A stretch of 64,000 nucleotides of DNA, taken from assembly GCA_053919585.1 (NCBI GenBank), contig CM132794.1. One strand, given 5' to 3'. Positions 54,131 through 64,000 of this stretch are shown piece by piece. How positions within the stretch are numbered: position 1 is the stretch's first letter; every line of letters starts with the position of its first letter. The stretch comes from Euprymna scolopes (taxonomy: Eukaryota). The notes under the pieces were generated by a model. That model had not been told where the DNA came from. It searched no databases and saw only the letters and a program-made list of their open reading frames with translations. The translations under genes were made by a program, and so were the position numbers.

Positions 54131-55352
54131 TGAATATTGCTTAGAACTTATGTAATGTTATACAGGTTCACACAAGTAAACCCAACATGTTGTCACAAGA
54201 AACATAGGACAAGTAATAATTCAACATTATTTTTCTATTTTTTTTTTTTTTTTTATATAACCATGACATTTATTTCCTCATTCTCCCACCACAGGTGACT
54301 TCTCTTTACGGCTGTGACGTCACCCATATTTTTAACATGATTGTCCCTCTAACGTGCTGTCTTTTTTATAGTCTTTTTCCATACAGTGACGTCATTTCAC
54401 ATTTTATAGGCATTTGCATATGTGTGTCCATGCTCTGTTAAGCTTATATCTGCCACAGGTCCTTGCGTTGTTTTTCAAAAGTATTATTTTTTGGTTCCAA
54501 TCAAAGAAGTAACTGAACAAATTACTTGTACGTGTAATGATGATCACCCTAGTCCACTTGATCCTGCTTCTTCTTAAGAAATATATCATCTGTGACCATC
54601 ATAGCACATCTTTGCCAATACTGAGCTAAATCACACAATATATCTAGTTAATCCCAATTCGGTAGTTAAAAATCATCCATTTGTGGATCCAATAGTGTTG
54701 CTATATCATCTTTGCTTGTCACTGTCCTGATCTTCAAATACTAACAAGTTGCATCAAAACATGCAGCCATTCGAATATAATTCCAATCCAGACAAATTAT
54801 TTTTTAGAAGGAATTAAATCGAATTACATTTTATTCCTATTAATAATATGCTACAACAATCCATAAGAAAAACCAGAATCAAATATTGATTTTGTAGGAA
54901 GAAAGCTATTGATAACAAAGAAATGATAAAGAGACTGGCTTTATTTTATATATTAGAAAGTTATTTTATTAACAAGGGTGGGGTATTTTTAAAACACATG
55001 CCAAATAACTTCTGTGGAGAGCTGTTTGTTGGGACATTATTTAAGCATCATAAATTGCATTTTTCATTTTATTACATCCGGTACCTCATCAGTTTATCAA
55101 TATTATTCATTATTAGTGGAAGCTCATGGAAATTCTATTGGACTTTCTACATCAACATGTATAATTTACTGTTAGTAATTGTTATGAATATGCGGATGTG
55201 CCTATTTTAGGAATAATGAACTTACTCGGAGACTATAAATATAATTACATTTAACACGTTATTGGGTAAGAATTTAGTTTGAACAGTATGGCATGTACTT
55301 CTATAATATTGATAATAACCTATTTACTAAGTATACCACTGTGTTTTTAGTC

Positions 55353-55429
55353 TTAGGTTGGAGCAAAAATGATGTCGTTTTTTGACTTGAAGTTGAACAT
55401 CAAAAAATGACATTTTTGCACCAACCTAA
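55353..55429. mobile_element. 77-bp palindromic mariner-derived MITE (Made1-like)
   Basis: TTAGGTTGGAGCAAAA...TTTTGCACCAACCTAA|TA. Confidence 0.8.
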
Positions 55430-55786
55430 TATTATTACCAGCTTGCAGGGTTACAACACTAATATTTCTTTTGAAAAAATATCTGTAGGGACGAATATAC
55501 TCTTAAAAAAATTACTTTTTCTTCTGTAAAAATAATTATTATTGTCAACAAAATTTTCTGTAAATAAATAAAACTAATATATTTTTTCTTTATTTACAAT
55601 TGTGGTAATTCTTTTTAAAATAATATTGTCTTTCTTATAAAAATGATTGTCAGCGAAATATTAAATTAAAAAAAGAATAACGAATGTCACGTTTTGAAAT
55701 CCACTTATTTAAAATTATACTGTTTTTAGTTGATGGGTTGGAGACAAATTATTTAAAAATTGATAAAGTCGGAATGTTTTCTCTTA

Positions 55787-55980
55787 AAGTGTAGTATCTG
55801 TTCTGATACTACACTTCACCTTTTCTGTCCTCGATCAGTGGAGGAGAAATCCTTCATGACTGAGGCAATTTTTATTTTTGTTCATATCCAGATTGACCCT
55901 TTTTGGAGAGCTGGATTTTCCTCGCATTAAAACCCGACCTTGTGTCTAACTCTGCCCTCATGAGGAGGCAAGTAAATAGG
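55787..55980 (+). mobile_element. U2 snRNA-headed SINE-like element, copy 2 (5'-truncated)
   Basis: Exact U2 18-mer AAGTGTAGTATCTGTTCT (55787-55804) followed by the perfect antisense GATACTACACTT (55805-55816); shared body ending gaccttgtgtctaactctgccctcatgaggaggcaagtaaat. Confidence 0.82.
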
Positions 55981-56161
55981 AACGTCAGATTAATCGCCGA
56001 TCACCGCCTTTGCTGATTGGTCGATCTCATTTTTTGATGTGTAAAAGGTGATAACATACATGCAAACGTGAAGTGGCTAAACATATTATCATTATTAATA
56101 TTATTATTATTGATAATATTAGCATTATACTTGAACTCCCCTATGACACACTTGTTTTAGT

Positions 56162-57292
56162 AATATATTGTTAAAATGTAATTTAATGTTATAACAATAT
56201 ATTATTATGATAAAATGTAATTTAATGTTATAGCAATATATTATGATAAAATGTAATTTAATGTTATAGCATTATATTGTTATGATAAAATGTAATTTAA
56301 TGTTATAGCAATATATTATTATGTTAAAATGTAATTTAATGTTATAACAATAGATTATTATGATAAAATATAATTTAATGTTATAGCATTATATTGTTAT
56401 GATAAAATGTAATTTAATGTTATAGCAATATATTATTATGATAAAATGTAATTTAATGTTATAACAATATATTATTATGTTAAAATGTAATTTAATGTTA
56501 TAACAATATATTATTATGTTAAAATATAATTTAATGTTATAGCATTATATTGTTATGATAAAATGTAATTTAATGTTATAGCAATATATTGTTATGATAA
56601 AATGTAATTTAATGTTATAGCAATATATTGTTATGATAAAATGTAATTTAATGTTATAGTAATATATTGTTATGATAAAATGTAATTTAATGTTATAGCA
56701 ATATATTGTTATGATAAAATGTAATTTAATGTTATAGCAATATATTATGATAAAATGTAATTTAATGTTATAGCAATATATTATGATAAAATGTAATTTA
56801 ATGTTATAGCAATATATTATGATAAAATGTAATTTAATGTTATAGCATTATATTGTTATGATAAAATGTAATTTAATGTTATAGCATTATATTGTTATGA
56901 TAAAATGTAATTTAATGTTATAGCATTATATTGTTATGATAAAATGTAATTTAATGTTATAGCATTATATTGTTATGATAAAATGTAATTTAATGTTATA
57001 GCATTATATTGTTATGATAAAATGTAATTTAATGTTATAGCATTATATTGTTATGATAAAATGTAATTTAATGTTATAGCATTATATTGTTATGATAAAA
57101 TGTAATTTAATGTTATAGCATTATATTGTTATGATAAAATGTAATTTAATGTTATAGCATTATATTGTTATGATAAAATGTAATTTAATGTTATAGCATT
57201 ATATTGTTATGATAAAATGTAATTTAATGTTATAGCATTATATTGTTATGATAAAATGTAATTTAATGTTATAGCAATATATTATTATGATA
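56162..57292. repeat. AT-rich minisatellite, 36-39-bp unit, about 29 copies
   Basis: Unit TGATAAAATGTAATTTAATGTTATAGCATTATATTGTTA; homogeneous block at about 56820-57250. Confidence 0.95.
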
Positions 57293-57509
57293 TAACACAG
57301 GAAAAATGTCATTTCTCTTCAAATTTTCTTTTTAAAATGTCTTCTCACTTGCGATGCAGCGAGATAGAGAAAACGAAATCTCACCATCTGAAATAACGTT
57401 CTCGATCTAAATGTATAACTTGAATGGCCATATCTTAAAAATATTTTTGTTTTCTCTTAACTTCATTTCTATGTCTGTCTCCATAACAATAGTTTGTTTG
57501 TTCTTCCAG

Positions 57510-57819
57510 TCATACAAATGGCCACACTCGAAAGCCGGGCAGCAAGCAAAATGGGTTTATGAAAAGCAACTCCAAAAACGTGACAATGGCATCCAGCCAG
57601 CCTGAATTCACTTGTTCTTCCTCTTCATCATGTTCATCATCTTTCGTCAAATACAGTGCCATTTTGTTTGTTACTGTATGTATCTGCTACCTCAACTCGT
57701 TGATGTGTGGCTTTGTATTTGATGATGTCTCTGCCGTCGTAGAGAACCAAGATCTCCGGCCTCACGTTCCAATCACAAATCTCTTCTGGAATGATTTCTG
57801 GGGAACACCAATGCAAAAG
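57510..57819 (+). CDS. TMTC3: TMTC3 coding exon (N-terminal TM helix and lumenal DD motif)
   Basis: Acceptor ttcttccAG at 57508-57509; frame open from 57511; [26 protein letters not shown]...[11 protein letters not shown] resembles TMTC3 ([24 protein letters not shown]...NDFWGTPM, recalled); donor AAG|GTAAAT at 57820, phase 0. Confidence 0.92.
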
Positions 57820-57966
57820 GTAAATTTGTGTAACACTTTCTTTTTTCTCTCTTTTTTTTTTTTTTTTTTTTTTTCCATCTCATTGGGTTTTTTGTTTTTG
57901 TTTGTTTTTGTTTGTTTTTAATCTAATATATATAATAGTCATTCTTTTGATTTTTGTTATTCTTCA

Positions 57967-58205
57967 GGCTGTGATCAAGTGTAGTTCTATCAAAGGAGAA
58001 GTCCTTGGTCGATTTAGAGTCCTTCCTTATTGGGAGCAGAATTTTTCTCATTAAAAACCGGCCTTGTATCTAACTCTACCCTCTGAAGGAGGCAAGTAAA
58101 TAAGGACTCATAAAAATGTTAGGAGTCAGAGACACTCTGAACTTTAAAATAAAAAGTCTGAGTTGGATCTTATGAAGGATTCTACAACTCTGCAAGATAT
58201 GCAGT
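57967..58205 (+). mobile_element. U2 snRNA-headed SINE-like element, copy 3 (internally deleted)
   Basis: GGCT..GATCAAGTGTAGT (U2 nt ~19-37), then aggagaagtcctt...attaaaaaccggccttgtatctaactctaccctctgaaggaggcaagtaaat as in copies 1 and 2. Confidence 0.7.
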
Positions 58206-58902
58206 TTAAAAAAGAAACCGTTTCTCTGAAGTTTTCTTCTCCAATATAAACAGTTTTAAAAATTTTTATTCAAACTTCAATCCAGATTTTTACTTTTTTT
58301 TCTCACATTTAACTCTCATACTTTTTCCTTAAAATAATATTAAAATCCATATAAATAGCTTAAAAAGAAACTATTTTGTAAGAAAAGTCAGGAAAAAGAA
58401 ACTTTTAATATATTTAAAGAAATGTTATTTTAATATTAAATTAAAATGTCTTTACTTTAGGAATCTGATACAATTAATAATATGTAATATATTCTTCACT
58501 TAATATTTAAAATCAAATCCGTCTCTTTCACAGTTTTTGTCATCGATTGCTTTCTTCCTGCAAAATCAATAGTTTGTTCTGGTTCATCAGTTCTTTTGGT
58601 GAATGGTTGCAGCATGTTGTTAAGAATAAAATGTAACTCGATGTAATTCCTTTCAGAAAATACTTTGACAAGATCAGAATTATTTTTGCATGAATGCCAT
58701 CTTAAAAAAAAAGATGTAACTCTGTAATCAATATAGTTGGGTTTTTTGGGTGTTTTTTTATGATTCATATGAGATATTGGTTGTAGGAATGAGCTCTGAG
58801 AGAGAGAGGCTGCTTGTTCCAGTGCATCTTTCTAGCTATCACCTGAGTCCACACCATGTCTATTTTGCAACATTTAAGCTTTGATGAAGTAAACACAAAA
58901 GA

Positions 58903-59095
58903 CTTTGCCCTCATATGGAAGGAAGTAAATAGGGCTTTATTCAAATAAACTTTTTTATATCCAATTCCAATTTCTGTATAGATTCCCAAATTTGCCTTTA
59001 AAATTCTTTAGTTTGAAGAGATGCACCTGAAAATCGGAGATCACATTGGTCAAAATGTTATGAAAATAACAACCAAGATGAGAATCATAATCTGA
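58903..59095 (+). mobile_element. Fragment joining the U2-element body end to a hammerhead-type tail
   Basis: ctttgccctcatatggaaggaagtaaatagg resembles 55950-55980; followed by tagattcccaaat...CACCTGAAA...aataacaaccaagatgag. Confidence 0.45.
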
Positions 59096-60499
59096 ATGAT
59101 CCAAAATGTAATTGTGCAAATGCTATTTATATTTTATATTGCATCTTTTCAGACTAGTGCAATGCCTTTTGCATAAAAAAAACATTTGTTATAATCTGTT
59201 CATTTTTAACCACAAGGAGTTTTTCTTGCTTGTTTTTACTGAACCTGGAATTTGATGTTATCCAGATTTCCTCCTCCCTTGCCTCAATTACGAGTTATAC
59301 CCATTCTGTCAATAATGAAAGTTAATGGAGGTCACATCGTTCGAAATGTTATGAAAATAACAACCAAGATGAATGATTTGAATAGTACAAATTATCAAAC
59401 CCCATCTCAAAAATTCAAAAATAAATGTCTGGGCTCGTTCACCAATCCCTAACCTCTCCAATCACTTACTTTCGGACAAACTATAAAAAAAATTTCTACT
59501 TTTTGTTTCATTTTACTTCAGTCAGTTCTCAAAAATCAAGAGCTTCTTCCTGGAGTTAACACTTGATCTCTACATGAGATGAATAGATTTTTGGAATATT
59601 CCATCAAACTCTCCCATACATCTATAATGTTGAGTTAATAAAGAAGTTAAGTTTCCTCTCTTCAATTAACCATTTAAATATGTTATAGTTTATCTTGTGA
59701 TCTTTTGGTGTTACTGGATTCCAGGAGAAGAATTCATCTAGTCTGGTAGAATATCCATCTTAGTGTTGTTACTAAAGGCAACATCACTTGAAGAAGGTGC
59801 ACATTCCTCATATAAGTCGGTTTGGGTAAGCCATACCATTGAGATCCTATTCCTAATGGGTCCTGCCCTGTCTGTCAAACTCCAACCCCTGTCGCATCAC
59901 TGCAGTGTTGTGTCCCAATGCTTGTTTTACAAGTACTTTCACAGAATGTGCTCCAATGAACTTACTGCACTTATACTCCCTTCAACAATAATACCCACAA
60001 CCAACCTGACTAGCAGCAAAATTCCACCCCTTTACTGTAAAGGTTCATAGATGCTGTAAGATTTTCTATTCTAATAGCTTAGACCATATGCCTTTGGAAT
60101 TCCTTTTCTGTCCCTATTGCTGTCCAATAGACAGTGTGACGAAACGAATATCATGGTGGCAGATGCAGAAATGGCACTATATATACACGACTGAACTCAA
60201 AGCGAAGCCCATACTTATTTGTATACCTCGACTTCGAGGAGTATAAAAGACAGTAAATTTCTGGGCATGGGGTGTCTGTTTCTGAGTTTGTCATTCATTT
60301 CAGTGTCGACTGATGTCGCACGAGAAGTAGAGAAGAAAGAAGTAGAAGACAACAAAAAACAAAACAGAAAAACACAAACTCCCCACCCAAGTTGTTCTCC
60401 TATACAGCTGATCTGTATTGCAGTGGCCCTTTATATTTCTGTGTTGTTTGAGGTGAATAAAAATTTAAAAAGAATGCTCTTCACATACTTTCTCATATT

Positions 60500-60790
60500 T
60501 TGTCTTTTTTTTTGTCTTTTGTTTTTTTTTGTCTTTTTTTGTCTTATTTTATTTTGTTTTTTTGTCTTATTTTATTTTGTTTTGTTTTTTTTTGTCTTAT
60601 TTTGTTTTTTTGTCTTATTTTGTTGTTTTTGTCTTATTTTGTTTTTGTCTTATTTTGTTTTTTTTTTCTTATTTTGTTTTGTTTGTTGTCTTATTTTGTT
60701 TTGTTTGTTGTCTTATTTTGTTTTGTTTGTTGTCTTATTTTGTTTTGTTTGTTGTCTTATTTTGTTTTGTTTTTTTATCTTTTTTTTTTT
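60500..60790. repeat. T-rich tandem repeat (TTGTCTTATTTTGTTT)n
   Basis: Directly visible; ends about 95 bp before the TMTC3 acceptor. Confidence 0.9.
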
Positions 60791-60884
60791 CTTACTTTAA
60801 AAAAGATCTTAAAATGTTACTTTTCTTCTACTGTATATTAAATCGCTTGAGTATTTTACACCCACTTATCTAACTTGGTTCCAG

Positions 60885-61021
60885 GAGAATAGTCACAAAT
60901 CCTATCGGCCTTTATGTGTGCTTACGTTCCGACTGAATTACTTGCTAGGAGCCATGAACCCTTTCTCTTACCACCTTGTCAACCTGTTGCTCCATGCATC
61001 CGTCTGTGTTGTCTTTATGAG
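60885..61021 (+). CDS. TMTC3: TMTC3 coding exon
   Basis: CTAAC branch-like site near 60870; acceptor ttccAG at 60883-60884; [45 protein letters not shown] (TMTC signature SHKSYRPL); donor AG|GTAAAG at 61022. The frame differs from the ORF-track call at 60914. Confidence 0.93.
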
Positions 61022-61144
61022 GTAAAGTATTGCTATTTTGTTATTGATTTTTTTGTTTTATTTGGTAGACAATACATTTACTTTCTGCTCTATTTCATCA
61101 AATTTCAAAATGTTTATGCCGCCAAACACACAAGTCATATTATT

Positions 61145-61765
61145 TCTACTTATATATAAAGGTATTTTGTCTCTGTGTGAATTTCTTTATGGACTCCAAA
61201 ACAGCTGAGTCGATATTTTTTTTTTTAATTTCGCACAAATGTACTTAATATGTCTGGGAGTGTTCTTAGATAGGTTTTTATAAGAATGCCTCTGAGTATC
61301 GAAAATCCAAAATGTCTGATTAAAGAAGGAACAATCTGATATTGACTAAAGTTAACATCCTTATACACAGTCTAACATTTCAAGTGTATTTGAAAAGTTG
61401 TATTATTATGCAAGCAGAAGGGTCCGGCATATAAAATCAACAGTAGGCTCTTTGATAAAGCAGGGGCATGTTAGAAATTCATGTTTCTGTTTAGAGCACG
61501 AGTGAACCATGATACTTGACTTTTGCATTTTAAACTTTAATTCAAGCCATTATATAAGAATAATTTTATAAAATCAACAGTATGTTCTCTACAGTGCAAT
61601 GTAAACTACAATGTATTGTTGACTAAGTCACTGTCAGAAGGCATGTGAGCTTGCTCCCGGTGCACTGCAGTGGGGCCCTGATTAGAGTGGACAATCGATT
61701 TCAATGACAATAGAATATTTGTTGATCCTCATTCAATCCCGGGCAACATTGGGTCTCCCTGCTAG
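61145..61765 (+). mobile_element. Non-autonomous Helitron-like element (family A)
   Basis: 5' TCTACTTATATATAAAG; 3' cccgggcaacattggg hairpin and CTAG|T; collinear with 2631-3342. Confidence 0.78.
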
Positions 61766-62026
61766 TTTTAATTAAAAGAAAAAATGTTTTCTACTCGTAC
61801 AATCTCAGAAATAAATGTTGCAGATACAAAATAAAAATAAAAAATCTATATGTGAATGTGCAACTGCTACCATCTATGTTAATACGTACCTGTCTTCTAT
61901 ATTTCTGTGTAAGTGAATAAAGCAAATTGTCCTATTTAACGACCAGTCAGAATCCATACAGGAATGTGATGTATTTCACACTTGTTCATATATAAAAATT
62001 GAATATTATTCATTTCTTATATTTAA

Positions 62027-64000
62027 TTTTTTTTTTTTTTTTTTTTTACAAAGGCATCACCACATTATCAAGGCCCAGAGGCCACTCAAGGATAAGGGTT
62101 AAAGAGTGTACAGTAGAAATTTGTCAATATAGTAATCATTAGTAATGAAAATTTGGTAAATTTGATAACTTATATGGAACGGCTCATCAAGAACTTGTTT
62201 ACGTTAGACTTGAACACAACCATATTGTAGTCAGCCGGAAAGCAGGAAAACGGAAGACAATTCCACAGGCGTGCAGTTCTAAGAAAGAAGCTTTGTTCAT
62301 GGAATCTACGTTTAGGTTTAGGCACAGATAAAGAGTGGGGGAAATTATTGATAGTGTTTACAGCTAGACGAGTGTTTCTTGTGAAAGTTTGGCGAGGGGG
62401 GACCATAGATTGAAGCTCAGTTGAACACTTTCCATGAAAATAACGATACATCAGAGACAAACTCGCAACATCTCTTCTGTGAGATAGAGGTTGCAAGGAG
62501 GAGAAAAGGACATCTCCTACGAGGCTACGAAGTCTATTTTGAACTCTATCAAGGCAGGACAAGTCCTTTCTAGCAGCTCCTGCCCAGATGTGGCAACAGT
62601 ATTCCATCCTTGGACGTACCTGGCTCTTATATAGGTAGAGAATAGCATCAGCAGTGAGATATCTACTGGATCGATAGAAAGATCCCACCATTTTTCCAGC
62701 GGCCTTGGCAACAGATTTAATATACGTGTTCCATTTAAGATCAGGAGTAATGGTCAAGCCCAGAAGCTTGTCAAAACTTGAGGCCTCCTGAAGACGAGAG
62801 CCATTCATTTCAATTGATGACAAATGTGAATTAGAATGTTGATGATGTAAAGAGAGAAGCTTGGTTTTAGATGCATTAAAAGTAACCAGCCACTCCTTTC
62901 CCCATTGTACTACGTGCTCAAGATCAGAGGAGAGAGAATTGGAGAGAACTTGGTCGTTTACTGTCTTAGATGTGGTACCATAAATGGTAGTGTCGTCAGC
63001 ATAAATGTCTACAAATGATGTAAGGATATGATTTGGAAGATCATTAATGTAGATCAGGAAAAGAGTTGGGCCCAGGATGGATCCCTGAGGGACACCGGCA
63101 TTAATACTGTGAGCTTCTGATTTTTGCCCCTCAACTACTACTCTTATGAACCTATCAGAAAGAAATGATTTAATAATTGAGAAGACTTTTCCAGCTATAC
63201 CATAGCTTGCGATCTTATGAAGTAAACCTTTATGCCATACCCTATCAAAGGCTTTAGATATGTCAAGAGCAATTGCCCTAGAAAGATTGCCACCGTCGAG
63301 AGATTTGCTAATCCTATGCGATATAACTGTAAGGACATCTGCTGTAGATCTAGCAGAACGGAAACAATATTGAGTGTCACTAAGAAGGTTATTTTTGTTG
63401 AGATGTTTGATTACTTCTGCATTTAACACAGATTCTAGCAACTTACTCATGACGCACAGGAGACTTATTGGCCTGTACTGAGAGGGGGATGAGCGATCAC
63501 CTGAATTCTTAAATACAGGGCATACTGATGAGATTTTCCAGGGAGATGGGAAACTATTCTCCTTAAGACAACGTTTAAACAGTTTTGTAAGTATGGGCGC
63601 TAATTCAGGTTGAAGTTTTTTGAGTACTATAATTGGAATACCATCAGGGCCAGTTGCTTTACTCGAATCAAGGTTTTTGATTAGCTTCGCAACATCACGT
63701 ACAGATATACGTATATCACATAGCGTGTTTTCTGATACAGGAGGAAATATTGGGGGTTGGCGGTCTTGGTCGCAAAGGGTAGAATTAGCTGCAAAGTTCT
63801 TGACAAAGAGTTTGGCTTTGTCTGATGCTGACGAGATTACCTCAGGTTCATTGATAATAGTTGGGATGGAGCACACGCTTCTGTTCAGGATTCTGTTTGC
63901 TATTTGCCAAAACTGGTGGGAACCAAGCCGCTGCTCAGCTACTTTGGACTTAACAGATTGAGCATACAACTCTCTTGCGTTCCTTATTACTTTCTTACAA
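62027..64000 (-). mobile_element. Young CR1/L2-group LINE, extending beyond the window
   Basis: Uninterrupted RT ORF, short 3' UTR, poly(A) as a T-run at 62027-62047. Confidence 0.95.
62170..63999 (-). CDS. LINE ORF2 reverse transcriptase (partial, 5' end outside the window)
   Basis: KATGPDGI, YRPISL, LDISKAFDRVWH, GVPQGSILGP and YADD; the frame stays open to the window edge (CKKVIRNARELYAQ...). Confidence 0.95.
   Translation of the reverse strand, partial: CKKVIRNARELYAQSVKSKVAEQRLGSHQFWQIANRILNRSVCSIPTIINEPEVISSASDKAKLFVKNFAANSTLCDQDRQPPIFPPVSENTLCDIRISVRDVAKLIKNLDSSKATGPDGIPIIVLKKLQPELAPILTKLFKRCLKENSFPSPWKISSVCPVFKNSGDRSSPSQYRPISLLCVMSKLLESVLNAEVIKHLNKNNLLSDTQYCFRSARSTADVLTVISHRISKSLDGGNLSRAIALDISKAFDRVWHKGLLHKIASYGIAGKVFSIIKSFLSDRFIRVVVEGQKSEAHSINAGVPQGSILGPTLFLIYINDLPNHILTSFVDIYADDTTIYGTTSKTVNDQVLSNSLSSDLEHVVQWGKEWLVTFNASKTKLLSLHHQHSNSHLSSIEMNGSRLQEASSFDKLLGLTITPDLKWNTYIKSVAKAAGKMVGSFYRSSRYLTADAILYLYKSQVRPRMEYCCHIWAGAARKDLSCLDRVQNRLRSLVGDVLFSSLQPLSHRRDVASLSLMYRYFHGKCSTELQSMVPPRQTFTRNTRLAVNTINNFPHSLSVPKPKRRFHEQSFFLRTARLWNCLPFSCFPADYNMVVFKSNVNKFLMSRSI

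Noticed and set aside
56162-57292. CRISPR-like periodicity of 36-39 bp
   Set aside because: Contiguous units without unique spacers, no cas genes, eukaryotic context.
60135-60425. Possible short LTR starting TGTGACG
   Set aside because: No convincing CA terminus plus TSD.
60219-60873. Phe/Leu-rich ORFs (also 46649-47158 and 35942-36460)
   Set aside because: Artefacts of T-rich simple repeats that lack stop codons.
60914-61159. ORF-track protein [10 protein letters not shown]...
   Set aside because: Wrong frame over the real TMTC3 exon 60885-61021.

Overview
This is AT-rich, repeat-dense animal genomic DNA. The 5S-derived repeats carry a mollusc/lophotrochozoan-type 5S sequence, so a mollusc such as a cephalopod is plausible but not proven. 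The only host gene I can support is the 5' part of TMTC3 (protein O-mannosyltransferase) on the + strand. It has a GC-box promoter near 12.2 kb, a predicted 17-nt first coding exon (12675-12691), a ~44.8-kb phase-2 intron, and exons at 57510-57819 and 60885-61021. Almost everything else is transposon-derived: a full-length IR-DR Tc1, mariners, a truncated Ty3/gypsy, three solo LTRs with 4-bp TSDs, CR1/L2-group and RTE LINEs, a Penelope-like remnant, about a dozen non-autonomous Helitron-like elements, MITEs and tandem repeats. Three kinds of small-RNA-headed short retroelements stand out: (i) three copies headed by the 5' end of U2 snRNA, in two of which an appended antisense arm folds back over the U2 branch-point recognition sequence; (ii) tRNA-headed SINE-like elements ending in a Penelope-type minimal hammerhead ribozyme tail, often with an inverted copy of that tail at the 5' end; (iii) 5S rRNA-headed SINEs. 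All alignments were done by eye, and repeat boundaries are approximate unless a TSD or TIR is quoted.
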